Shown here piece by piece: positions 51,337 to 64,000 of a DNA stretch of 64,000 nucleotides (positions within the stretch are counted from its first letter, which is position 1; each line of letters begins with the position of its first letter). The stretch covers positions 19,468,001 to 19,532,000 of the forward strand of contig NC_042999.1 in assembly GCF_006345805.1 (NCBI RefSeq), read 5' to 3'. Source of the DNA: Octopus sinensis. Its lineage: Eukaryota. The notes under the pieces were generated by a model that was not told the origin of the DNA, did no database searches, and saw only the letters and a program-made list of their open reading frames with translations. A program made the position numbers and the translations under genes.

Positions 51337-52827
51337 GATTTAAAATTCTTGAATGTTACATCATGGCTACAGTTCAAAGACCGAAAATTATAGAAGACAT
51401 GTGCAACTGAATAAAATAGTAAATATTTTTTTTAATATCTGGTGTTACAGATAAAGGAAGGGTTTCATCAGCAATGAAACCCTATAAACCCTTTTTGCTG
51501 TTTGAAAGAATTTTTTTCTCCTTACTGGTTTCTTTTACATTGAGTCTTCATTTTCAATTAACTTTTTCTTCTTTCCTCTTTCCTGTTTTTCCTTAATGTT
51601 TGAAGATTTTCATCTGTAATTATTAATTATCTTTCATGATTCCAGTGGCAACATGAAAAGCACTCATCCCACTCTGTAATGTGGTGGGGGCTAGGAAGTG
51701 CATACAGCCACAGAAACCATAGCACATCAGACAAATGGAGTCTGGATAGCTCCCCATTTGGCCAGCTTCTATCATACTGTCCAACCCATGCCAGCATGAA
51801 AAATGGATGATGATGATGATGATGATGGTGGAGGTGGTGGTGAGTGGTGGTGAGTGGTGGAGGTGGTGGTGAGTGGTGGTGAGTGGCGGCGGCGGTGGCG
51901 ATGGTGGTGGTGGTGGTGGCGGTGGCAGTGGTGGTTTGATATTACAGATTAACATTGTTGCAGGACAAAGTGTTTGCTCATCTATTTCTGATATTTATTA
52001 GGTACAGATATATTTTATATGCCAACCCAGTTCTCTGGGTTCTCTGGAAACTGTTTTTTTTTTTTTTAGTTGTTGGTTCTCTGGAAATTGTTTTTTTTTT
52101 ATTTTTAGCAGTTGCAAATGATTTCCATTTTCATATTTTTTTTTTTGTTTTCCTTTGCATTCAGTTTTGAAGTGAGTTTTATTTTGACTGGGCATAATTC
52201 CAGCTCTGTGGACCTTGAGGATCATCAGAACTTTAAAATCTATCTTAATTGCTCCTGACTACATGTCACATTTCATTATCCCTGCTTTGTCCACCCATCC
52301 ATATTGTGACACCAATGTGACAAACAGCCATGAAACCACATCATTTCAGACGTCTCTTGTTTCTCTTGTACATTTATGACCCAAGTACTGAGGTACAAAT
52401 GCATACATGGAGGTATGTCTAAGGATTTCAGCCCATGCTTTTTGGCTGGCTCTTCAGTTTCTAATGTACAACAGACAGTACTGTAAATTTCACTTTTTAC
52501 ACTTAAGAAAAATTTCCCTTGATATATATTGGAGAGGTTTTTCTGTTACTTGATGTGAGAGATAATTTTGTCCCCTTTTAGACGTTTGTATTTAGAGGTA
52601 CTGTAAATAATGCCATATACAATGCCCTTTATATAAAAAAAATAGATATCTCAAAAATATTACTCTTTTACTTGTTTCAGTCATTTGACTGTGGCCATGC
52701 TGGAGCACCACCTTTAGTCGAACAAATCGACCCCAGGGTTTATTCTTTGTAAGCTTAGTACTTTTTCTATCAGTCTCTTTTATCATTATTCAGGTCACTG
52801 CCTGGAATCGAACTCAGAATCTTGCCA

Positions 52828-53214
52828 CTATGCCCACAGGCATATGGCATAGAGGTTAAGAGTGTGGGCTACTTACCCCAAGATTCCAAGTTCAATTCCA
52901 AGCAGTGACCTGGAAGATACATTCTCAACACAAAAAAAATATCAGAAATAGAAATAGAACACCTAAAAGAAAACATACACCAGGAAAATGTAGATAGAAG
53001 CCACACAACAATGCCCAATAATATATACATAACAAAAACACCAGGACTTACAAACACATACAGAAAATTGCACTACTAGGCACTGCACACATCCTACGCA
53101 GAACACTTTCCATACAATAACCATCAGAGCATCACAACAAATCACAGCACATACCCAAGGCACACAGAGGTGTGCTCGGTAGTGAAGTGAAAGCACGCTA
53201 TAAAAATAAAATTA

Positions 53215-53273
<59 letters not shown>

Positions 53274-53420
53274 CAACAATAATAATAATAACATCGAAAA
53301 ATACCTTAGGAATGAGAAGCCAGATTCAAAATTTCCCCAAGACACCTGATGAAGGCTGGAGGGCATATCAGCCAAAACATTTTGTCAACAACAAACAAGA
53401 TGAGGACAAATATCTGTCAA
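52828..53420 (+). mobile_element. tRNA-headed SINE-like element with hammerhead relic in its tail, interrupted by a Dong fragment
   Basis: A box TGGCATAGAGG and B-box-like AGTTCAATTCC at ~52845-52901; tail CTGATGAAGGCTG..CAGCCAAAAC at 53346-53378. Confidence 0.55.
53025..53290 (+). mobile_element. R4/Dong LINE 3' end with (AAT)n tail
   Basis: IQKIALLGTAHILRRTLSIQ*, then a short 3'UTR and (AAT)n. Confidence 0.72.
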
Positions 53421-53864
53421 ATTTGAATAACATAAATAGTGCAGTGGCTCTTGTTGTTTTTGTTATTGTTACTATTGTCACTATGTCCAAAAATTAGTTA
53501 AGTAATTGGGACATATTTCTATTATTTGCTTAATAAACTCTTCATTTTCTCCTTCCTCTGATACATTCAGGTGTTAGGGGTGGATGATTGCCACTATATT
53601 ATTCAGATATTTCACACAACTATGCCTATTAGCCATTTTGGATGTGAAAATATAATGTGTGTAGATAAAATTTTAATAGTTCATAAAACAAATATTTTTT
53701 GTTGCCATCTACCCCACCACAACCCAGGTATCTAGAACAGATTTCTTTAGATTATTATTTTCCTTTTTTTTACAAGTTTTCTATAGAAAATATCAGATGA
53801 CAATGCTTCAATAAATAGTGACAAGTAGAGAAAAGAAGATCTTCATAAGTAGGACAATCAAAGA

Positions 53865-54040
53865 TGATGATAGTAGTGGTGGTGGTGGTGGTGGTGGTGG
53901 TGGTGGTGGTGGTGGTGGTAGTGGTGGTGGTGGTAGTGGTGGTGATGGTGATGACAATGATGATGATGATGATGACGGTGATGATGATGATGGTGGTGGT
54001 GGTGGTGGTGGTGGTGGTGGTGGTGGTGATGATGATGAAT

Positions 54041-54085
<45 letters not shown>

Positions 54086-54116
54086 GTGATGTTGATGATG
54101 GTGATTGATGATGGTG

Positions 54117-54148
<32 letters not shown>

Positions 54149-54153
54149 GGTGG

Positions 54154-54184
<31 letters not shown>

Positions 54185-54508
54185 GGTGGTGGTGGTGGTG
54201 GTGGTGGTGGTAATGATGATGCTGATGATGCTGATGCTGCTGCTGCTGATGCTGCTGCTGCTGCTGCTGCTGCTAATGATGATGGTGATGATGACGACAA
54301 TGATGACAATGGCGGTATTTCTGACAGTGATGATGAAAATGAAGAGGAAGATGATATTGAAGAGGACAATGAAGATGACAAACAATAATGATGACGACAA
54401 TGAAGATGATGATGATGATAATGATCAAGATGACAATGATGAGGAGGAGGATGATATTTATCATGATAATAATAATAATAATAATAATATAATATAATAA
54501 TAATAATA

Positions 54509-54549
<41 letters not shown>

Positions 54550-54891
54550 CATTATTATTATGATCATTATAATCACGATTGTGATCATGGTGAAGATGAC
54601 ACCAAACATAACAGCAACCATGGCAACGACGAAACGATGATGATACTTATAAAGAAGACAAACTGTATATATATATATCGTTGCACTACATAGCCTATTA
54701 AATGATCATCAACGTAGTTTAATTTAATGATCTATCTTGATTTAATCAATTGAACATATACTTTTATATTTCGTTACAGCAGTAAAGAAAAAACTTGAAG
54801 AATTTTATATTATAATTGGGAATTTCTGTAGATCGTCTTTAGCATCATGTTTATTATGTTGTTAAAAAATACCACCACCAACACCAACACC

Positions 54892-54923
<32 letters not shown>

Positions 54924-55220
54924 TATCATCATCATCATCATCACCACCACCATCATCACCACCACCACCACTATCATCACCACAGCTGCCATCATCATCA
55001 TCATCATCATCACCACCACCACTACCACCATCACCATCATCATCATCACCACCACCACCACAACCATTGCCATCATCATCACTATCATCATCACCACCAC
55101 CATCACCACCACCACCACAACCACCACCACCACTGCCACCATCACAACTACCATCATCACCACCATCACCACTACCACCACCACCACCACTATCACCACC
55201 ACCACCACCATCATCATCCT
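53865..55220. repeat. (GGT/GAT/GCT/AAT)n and (CAC/CAT)n trinucleotide arrays
   Basis: Direct inspection. Confidence 0.92.
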
Positions 55221-55477
55221 CTCCACTACATTAATTTATAGATGAATATTATATTCTGTCACTGTTTTTATTAATTTGTTATTGTTTATCGTTTTTTTTT
55301 TTGCTTTTGCTCTTTCATCATTAATATTATTTATATTTATTTATACGCTTCTCCATCATCATTATTATCATGAAACCTTGTGATGCGACTTCTACTTCTG
55401 CATCACATGGTTTTTGTTTGCTTCCATTAAGTACATATGTGTTTGTGTGTGTGTGTGTCTGTGTGTGTGTGTGTGAA

Positions 55478-55808
55478 GGCGCATGGCTCAGTGGTTAGAG
55501 TGTTGAGCTTACGATCGTGAGGTTCTGAGTTCGAATCCAGGAACGGGCTGCATGTTGTGTTCTTGAGCAAGACACTTTATTTCACGTTGCTCCAGTTCAC
55601 TCAGCTGTAGAAATGAGTTGCGATGTCACAGGTGCCAAGCTGTATCGGCCCCTTTGCCTTTCCCTTGGATAACATCGATGGCGTGGAGATGAGAAGCTGG
55701 TATGCATGGGCGACTGCTGGTCTTCCATAAACAACCTTGCCCGGACTTGTGCCTGGGAAGGTAACTTTCTAAGTGCAATCTCACAGTCAGTCATGACCAA
55801 AGGGGATC
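55478..55808 (+). mobile_element. tRNA-Arg(ACG)-like-headed SINE (family C)
   Basis: A and B boxes; same body as 22703-23032. Confidence 0.82.
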
Positions 55809-56075
55809 CTAATGTGTGTGTGTGTTGTGTAGGTGAATGGATGAGTGGTTAGGGTGTGGTATTCTGGAATGTAAGATTGTGGTTTCGACTCCTGGACTAG
55901 GTGATGTATGGTACTCTTGAGAAATAAAAAACACTTCTTTTCACATGGCAAAAGTGAATAATCCTGCAACAGAATGGTGTCCAGGCAGAGGGTGGTGTAT
56001 ATATACATGCTACAGAATCCTGAAAACTGACTTCATAAACATATGGATCAGGAAGGATCTTGGATCCCTTTTAAT

Positions 56076-56076
<1 letters not shown>

Positions 56077-56110
<34 letters not shown>

Positions 56111-56800
56111 TATCATCATCATTTAACGTCTGCTTTCAATGCTAGCATGGGTTCGACAATTTGACTGAGGACTGGCAAGTCAGATGGCTGCACCAGGCTC
56201 CAATCTGATCTGGTAGAGTTTCCACAGCTGGATGCCCTTCCTAACGCCAACCACTCTGAGAGTGTAGTGGGTGCTTTTATGTGCCACCAGCACGAGGGCC
56301 AGTCTGATACAATTCCCTGCTACCACCGTTCTTCCAGACCTTCCAGGCCTGTTTCTTCTCTCTAATAGCCCTGTCATTGTTCCACCACCATGTTATTTTG
56401 AGTCGAGAGGGGACTTTGCACCATCCACATATCTGGTCAGTGGTGCTCAGCAGGTTGTCCTGTAGAATCCTCCAGTTGCTTTCTACATCATGTGAAGCTA
56501 TATCGCCTTCTATTTCATCAAAGGCTTCGAATAATATGTCTCTAAATCTCTACCCATTCACAGGATCTTTAAGCTTCCAGACCCTTCTCCTCCATGCTCA
56601 TCGTCTTCTGGGCATCCATTTAACCCTGATCCTGAAGTCACTAACTACCAGTCTATGTTGTGGGGTACATTCTTCACCTGGGAAGGTTTTGGCATTTATA
56701 AGCAGCCATCTTTCCCTTTTTCTGGTGAGGATGTAGACAATTTGGCTTGTGTGTCTGCCAGAACAGTAGGTGACTAGGTGACTGGCAGGTTTCCAGAAAG
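56077..56800 (-). mobile_element. Internally deleted RTE copy: endonuclease C-terminus/linker fused to the terminal ~190 bp of the 3'UTR
   Basis: Minus-strand translation KPASHLVTYCSG..SQIVYIL..KTFPGEECTPQHRLVVSD..WKLKD..TWWWN..AIREKKQAWKVWKNGG (with stops) overlaps the 5' end of the 42-45 kb ORF. It joins the 3'UTR at CAGTC (~56300). Confidence 0.85.
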
Positions 56801-57063
56801 CTGACATATCATTTATTTCAGTATTAATATTAGTTTCATCATGATTTGATTTACAGGTAATCCACCATTTTGTTTGGCTTCTTTGAAGAAGCAGTGCAAA
56901 TATGTAAATTTTGAAATATTGCCGGAAAAAAAAAGTCATTTCAAAATCAGCAATCTTGAAATAATGAATACTTATCTACTCAAATCAACGTGCAGATGTG
57001 TGATGGGGTTCCATATATGCATATAATATACATACATACATGCATACATACACACATACATAC

Positions 57064-57106
<43 letters not shown>

Positions 57107-57154
57107 TATATGAATATATATATACACATATATATATACATATATATATATATG

Positions 57155-57195
<41 letters not shown>

Positions 57196-57711
57196 TATAT
57201 ATACACACATACTATATATATACATATATATATATGTATGTGTGTGTGTGTATCTATTTTACTTAACAAATTATCATTGACTTGTCTTATGTTTAATAAT
57301 GCATTATTGCTCTTAAAAAATGATTAAATAAATGTTTCATTTCTTCTAAATGTCCCTAAGCTAAACCTTATTCCTGTAAATGGGTTGAACTAAATTCTCC
57401 AGAGTTGGTAACATTCAGCAAAATAAATTGAGTTCTTCTTTATAAGCATTCTCCAGAGAAAACCTTAAAGTTGAACATTAGGCACATGTTAGTTTAACAT
57501 TACTCAAGAGACTGGGTATATATTTATCATGATGATGAAGATGATGCATTGGTACATTTATCTATAAACTTATCAACAATGATACTACCTCTCCACTTTA
57601 CATATACCTGTGTGTATGAGTGTATGTGTGTATGAATGTGTGTGTGTGTGCATGCGTGTGTGTATTTATATATATATATATATATACACACACATACACA
57701 TACCCACATAT

Positions 57712-57871
57712 AGGAGTGGCTGTGTGGTAAGTAGCTTGCTTACCAGCCACATGGTTCCGGGTTCAGTCCCACTGCGTGGCATCTTGGGCAAATGTTTTCT
57801 GCTATAGCCCCGGGCCGACCAATGCCTTGTGAGTGGATTTGGTAGACGGAAACTGAAAGAAGCCTGTCGTA

Positions 57872-57920
<49 letters not shown>

Positions 57921-58139
57921 ATATATGTTTGTGTGTCTGTGTTTGTCCCCCTAGCATTGCTTGACAACCGATGCTGGTGTGTTTATGTCCCCGTTACTTA
58001 GCGGTTCGGCAAAAGACACCAATAGAATAAGTACTGGGCTTACAAAGAATAAGTCCCGGGATCGATTTGCTCGACTAAAGGCGGTGCTCCAGCATGGCCA
58101 CAGTCAAATGACTGAAACAAGTAAAAGAGTAAAGAGAGT
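57712..58139 (+). mobile_element. Family A SINE, young
   Basis: Complete head, linker and tail. Confidence 0.82.
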
Positions 58140-58153
58140 ATATATATATATAT

Positions 58154-58202
<49 letters not shown>

Positions 58203-58330
58203 GTAATGTATAAACATCTCTCTGTCTTTGTCTCTGTATCTCGCTCTCTACATTTATATATATATATGTGTGTGTGTATGTATGTATATATGTTTGTGTG
58301 TATATATATATATATGGTGTATATATATGT

Positions 58331-58383
<53 letters not shown>

Positions 58384-58531
58384 GCTGTGGGTTTAAGTCC
58401 CATGCGTACAGGAAAACCTACTTTTTTCCGTCAAGGGCTATATGCCCCATTATTACGATATTTTTTTTTAGTTATTGCATGATGATTGCTTATAAAATAC
58501 TATTATCATTATTTACAGAATATATATCTAT

Positions 58532-58596
<65 letters not shown>

Positions 58597-58867
58597 TATA
58601 TAGATAGATAGATATACATATATATATATACATATAGTGAGAAGTTGAGGTTATAAGAGATAATGGTGTCATTGAGACCAAAGGTGTCAGGTAATGCTGA
58701 ATAAGTGCTATAGACAGACCATAGTTAAGTTCCAGATTCGGTAATATTGCGAATAAAGGGCTCAACTTTGGTTCTATGTCAGTGTGTGTATATATGAATA
58801 TTTTGCGTAATGAAATAAAAAAACCAAGGCTTGGTTTTTTTATCTCATTACGCAAAAAATTCATATA

Positions 58868-59378
58868 TCTATATATATAAAACTGTAGTTGTGTGAGTGT
58901 CTGTCCCCTTCGATTTAGATTCCTAACTACTCCCACATTTTGCGGTGCAGTTTAACCAAATTCGAGTATCTTATAGTCGTGATTCATTTCGAGCCTGTCT
59001 GAGTATTAGCGCACGTCTACAGTCTACGATTTTAAAAATAATTTAACATCATTTTTTATTCCATTTTAATGCATAATTTTTCGTGTGTCGATGGCGGCGG
59101 AGTTGGCGTCCATGGTCACACCTGCACCTGTGTTGCTTCTCCCCCTTCTTCCCTCCCTCGTGAAGCTGTGGGGAAGGGAGTGTAAGGAAATCAACGTCGT
59201 AAAGCGTTGTCAAGGAGACCAGCGTTCTTTTAGAACAACGACTTCATGGCTTGAAGACACCAAAACAGAAATGGCTAAGAAAGCCCGAATTGGCATCTAT
59301 AAGGGAAGTAACTCTCTAAAAATGCTTTATATAGTTATTTCCCTTACAAATCCGAGCAATGCCGGGCGATACTGCTAG
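58868..59378 (+). mobile_element. Non-autonomous Helitron
   Basis: Colinear with 36396-36901; ends in CTAG. Confidence 0.8.
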
Positions 59379-59499
59379 TATATATATACATTCTCAGAAT
59401 GAGATAAAACTCCAAGGCTGTGAAAGATTTTAGAACTTTTATAAATAGAAGGTCTTACAGCTGTTTCTGGGATATTTTATATATCCCTTCATTGGAGAC

Positions 59500-59758
59500 G
59501 GTGTGAGAAAATGGGTAAGCAATGGTTATTCTAGATAAGATATGAAGTAGAGAGTGTAGTGGACGAATGAAAACAGACGTGAGATATGCAGGGATTTTGC
59601 ATCTGTATAAGATTCATATATGCATACCATTCTGCCTAAATAATGGATCTACAAATGCAATATCCCTGCATATCTCACATCTATTTTCATTCCTCCACTT
59701 CACACTCCATTTCATATCTTATCTAAAAATAACCATTTCTTAACCATTTTCTCACACC
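59500..59758. repeat. Fold-back element adjoining a decayed hammerhead
   Basis: GGTGTGAGAAAATGG...GCAGGGAT vs ATCCCTGC...CCATTTTCTCACACC; arms ~115 bp. Confidence 0.75.
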
Positions 59759-59872
59759 ATCAAATGTAAATAAAGTAAATAAAGTAAATAATGTATATAA
59801 TTCCTCATCTCTTAAATATAGAACTGTATCTTTGACATTATTGAAAACAGATATTCATGATTTTATCAGAAA

Positions 59873-60263
59873 GTAGCAGTATCACCCGGCATTGCTCAGG
59901 TTTGTTTCGACCCTTTAGAATTGGAATTTTTGAAAAGTAAAACTTTTGCATTATGTAGCTTGTTACTCTCTTTATGTGAACTTATTTCTGGTTGAAATAC
60001 ACCGAAAAATGGCCACAGAGCAGTCAAAAAATCGTAAAAAAATAGGGATTTTCATAGAAAAAAAGCACCTTTTTGATGTAACTAATTTTTGGTGTTAACA
60101 TGGTCCGATTTGAATTTTTTCTTCTATAGAAGAAAGAGCAAGCCTTCTTCTATCATACTTTCAATTTTGGTCAACTTGCACTGCAGGGTCTCAGAGGAGA
60201 TAGTGTTTGTTAAAGGTTACCAAACCTGCCATACACAGACAACTTCAGCTTTATATATATAGA
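59873..60263 (-). mobile_element. Non-autonomous Helitron (second subtype)
   Basis: Colinear with 50944-51336. Confidence 0.7.
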
Positions 60264-60917
60264 GAATACAGAGGGAATATTTAATCAAAATCAATTCACT
60301 TATATGTCATGTCTGCATTTTTGAGTACATGAAAATTTATATCAATATTTTCTACCAATCTCGAACTTGGGATTACTCTATGCAGCCTCATGTTCTCCTC
60401 TGACCTCACCTTACTGAGCCAGTCTCTCTTTGGTCATTTTTACTTTTTACACTTATAAATGTGAATCTATTTTCAAATGAAACCCTTGTTCTAATAATAT
60501 CATCAAATCACTGTATTTTTTATATCTTTCTCAGTTCTCAGTCAACACGTAAGATCTTCGAATAACTTAATGCATTTCAAAATTACAAAAACATTAATTG
60601 GCTAAGTGGTAGTTCTGATGTTTAAAACCCTAATGTAGAAAATATTTTGACTTTGGAAGTGATAGGAATTGTAATTGAAAGAAATCTTACAATGTTAAAA
60701 TACTGCAACAAGTTATCACATCAGAGGACTGTTTGTTTGAATCTAAATGTGTCACCAATGTAGAAATCAATATTTGAGGCAAAGTAGAAAGCACAGAATA
60801 CAGATTATTAAAAAGAGAGTTCTCAACATAATATATTTTCTACTCACTCCCTAACATTAACTAAGATTAGTATGGGTGACACAATGAATACTATAGATGT
60901 TAAAAAGGGCTTTTATT

Positions 60918-61567
60918 CGTATTTTTTATTGCCCACAAGGGGCTAAACATAGAGGGGACAAACAAGGACAGATAAAGTGATTAAATCGATTACATCGATC
61001 CCCAGTGCATAACTGGTACTTATTTAATCAACCCCAAAAGGATGAAAGGCAAAGTCGACCTTGGCGGAATTTGAACTCAGAACGTAGCGACAGACAAAAT
61101 ACCACTGAGCATTTTGCCGGGCATGCTAACGATTCTGCCAGCTCACCGCCTTGGGTACTCTAATATTTATTTCTTTATTGCTCGCAAGGGGCTAAACATA
61201 AAGGGGACAAACAAGGACAGACAAAGGGATTAAGTCGATTACATCGACCCTAGTGCATAACTGGTACATACTTAATCATCCCTGAAAGGATGGAAAATGA
61301 AGTCGACCTTGGCGGAATTTGAACTCAGAACGTAGTGACAGATGAAATACCTATTTCTTTACACAAGGGGCTAAACATAGCAGGAACAAACAAGGACAGA
61401 CAAACAGATTAAGTCAATTATATCGACCCCAGTGCGTAGTTGGTACTTAATTTATCGACCTCGAAAGGATGAAAGGCAAAGTCGACCTTGGAGGAATTTG
61501 AACTCAGAACGTAGTGACAGATGAAATATCGCTAAGCATGCTATCGGTTCTGCCAGCTTGCCACCTT
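60918..61567 (-). mobile_element. Family B SINE trimer
   Basis: Three head-to-tail copies; flanking direct repeats AAAAAGG(G)CTTTTATT. Confidence 0.8.
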
Positions 61568-62225
61568 TAAAAAGGCTTTTATTTCATCATTATGAAATGT
61601 TGGTTCTGGCAAGACAATACTTAATGTGGTTGTGTCACCATTGTAGAAAATGTATTAGCTTTTGTTGTAACCAACAGTTTTTATGGAGGGCACAAGTCGA
61701 TGACATTGACCCCAGTGTTCAACTGGTACTTATTTTATCGACCCCGAAAGGATGAAAGGCAACCCTGATAGCATTCAAACTCAGAATGTAAAGACAGAAG
61801 AAATTCTGCTAAGCATTTTGCCCATCATCCTAATGATTCTGTCAGCAAGAATGTCCATTGCTGACCTCCTCACCATCTGCCGAATCTATTCACACACCTG
61901 TAGAATTTGGTCTATTCACCAAGCTGCTACTCTTCCTCCTACTATTCGCTTCAACACTCATATATTTATGATTATCTCAAGTACAAGACAAAAGTTGAAA
62001 CTAAACAACATTCAATAATACCTTTTAATAATAAATGGAATTAGCAATAACGATGATGATAATAAGGAGACAAAAGAGGCCTCACACACTTTGGGTCAGC
62101 AGAGGTCAAATGTATTTACTACTACTAGCAATCATTGAGAGCTCTGACCTTGGCCTTGAAAAGAAGCAATTCATCTGGTTCTATTTTTAATTACTGATAG
62201 AAAAAAATAACATACATACATATCT

Positions 62226-62965
62226 ATCATCATCATCATAGTTTCACATCCGCTTTCCATGCTAGCATGAGTTGGACAATTTGACTGAGGGCTGGCGAAC
62301 CAGATGGTTGCACCAGGCTCCAATCTTGATCTGGCAGAGTTTCTACAGCTGGATGCCCTTCCTAACGCCAACCACTCCGCGAGTGTAGTGGGTGCTTTTA
62401 CGTGCCACCAGCACGGGGGCCAGTCAGGCGGTACTGGAAACGACCATGCTCAAATCTTTTTACATATGCCACCAGCACAGGTGCTGGTAATATATATATA
62501 TATAGACATATTGATGTTCACTACTATTATTATCATCATCATCATTATTATTATTATTATTATTATTCGTTTAAAGTACGTTTTCTATGCTGGCATGAGT
62601 TGGATGGTTTGACTGAGGCCTGGAGTGCCAGCAGTTGCACCAGGCTCCTGTCTGATCTGGCAATGTTTCTACAGCTGGATGCCCTTCCGAATGCTAACCA
62701 CTCCAAGAGTGTAGTAGGTGCTTTTTACATGCCACCGGCACAGGAGCCAGGTGAGTACTGGCATCAACCACGATCGATTGGCGCTTTTTATGTGCCACCA
62801 ACACAAGAGCCACTCAGGCAGACATGGCGTCGACCATATGTACATGGTGCTATTTACATGTCACTGGCATGGGATCTAGTCTGGGGGTACTAGTGTCGGC
62901 CAAGTTCGATTGGCGCTTTTTACACGCCACCAGCACAGGTGCCAGTCACGGGGCACTGGCCACAG
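62226..62965 (-). mobile_element. Two adjacent RTE 3'UTR fragments
   Basis: Two copies of ...GGATGCCCTTCC(T/G)AA.GC.AACCACTCC... with GGTGCTTTT repeats. Confidence 0.75.
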
Positions 62966-63639
62966 CTACAATATTAGTTATATTTGGCTCAACAGGTCAT
63001 CTCAAGCATATCATATCATCCGACGCATCAGGGGTATTCTTAATAGGGCCAGACATGCGTGGCTATGATCTCAGTGACTGCATATCTCCAAAGGGGGCTG
63101 GCAGAATCATGATCACGCCGGGCAAAATACTCAGGGACATTTCGTCCATCTTCATGTTCCGAGCTGGCTTGCAATGGTTTGTTTACATCCCCATAACTTA
63201 GTGGTTTGGCAAAAGAGACCAATAAAATAAGTACCTGACTTCAAAAGAAAAACAAAGCGACGTAAATGCTGGAGTTGATTTGTTTGACCAAAATCCCATC
63301 AAGGTAGAACTCCAGCATGGCCACAGTACAATGGCTGTAACAAGGAATACAAATAAAAGATAAGATCATTAGAATAGTCGTTATTACCACCATTATTAAT
63401 ATTGTTACATACAGCGTCTTTATTGTCATCATCATCATCAACATCATTATTCACATTACCTTTATTAATTTCCTTATCATCATCATCATCATCAACAGCA
63501 GGAGCAGAATCAACCCCTATCACCATCAATGTAATTGTTTGTATAACGAACACAACAAGTCTTGGTTTTGTTTCCATAAATTTCTTTTTTTTCTTATTTA
63601 GCACTTTCATTATTAACTGTACTTACATCTACTAAATCA

Positions 63640-63668
63640 TCACTACCACCATCATCATTATCATCATC

Positions 63669-63701
<33 letters not shown>

Positions 63702-63892
63702 ATCATCATCAATACCAGCACCACCACCAACATCATCACCATCATCATCATCATCACCACCACCACCACCACCATCATCATCACCACCACCATCATCATC
63801 ATCATCATCATCATCAACACCACCACCACCAACAACAACACTATCATCATCATTATCATCATCATCATCATCATCACCACCACCACCACACC

Positions 63893-63923
<31 letters not shown>

Positions 63924-64000
63924 ATCATCATCATCATCATCACCATCATCATCATCACATCATCATCATCATCTCATCATCATCATCACACCATCATCAT
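63640..64000. repeat. (CAT/CAC)n array running off the window end
   Basis: Direct inspection. Confidence 0.95.

Overview
Eukaryotic (animal) DNA, AT-rich, repeat-dominated and intronic or intergenic in character; no host protein-coding gene can be supported. The SINE families and very high microsatellite density suggest an octopod cephalopod (Octopus-like; inferred from recalled repeat families, not from a search). Contents: (1) an RTE-clade LINE at 42080-44921 (-), 5'-truncated, with an uninterrupted ~680-codon RT ORF and an ~800-bp 3'UTR that also accounts for many short dispersed repeats; (2) decayed R4/Dong, RTE-BovB, CR1, I-like and possibly Penelope LINE pieces; (3) two Tc1/mariner relics, six non-autonomous Helitrons and several fold-back elements; (4) many tRNA-derived SINEs. 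The standout is a ~352-bp x 4.1 tandem array at 17909-19363. Every full unit carries an intact type I hammerhead ribozyme (CUGACGA / GAAA / GUC cleavage site, palindromic stem III), and one unit shows a compensatory base-pair change. This fits a metazoan retrozyme, a non-autonomous retroelement predicted to give ~352-nt circular RNAs. Three decayed hammerheads occur in other repeats. Nearly all ORFs in the supplied track are microsatellite artefacts. Repeat boundaries were read by eye and are approximate.
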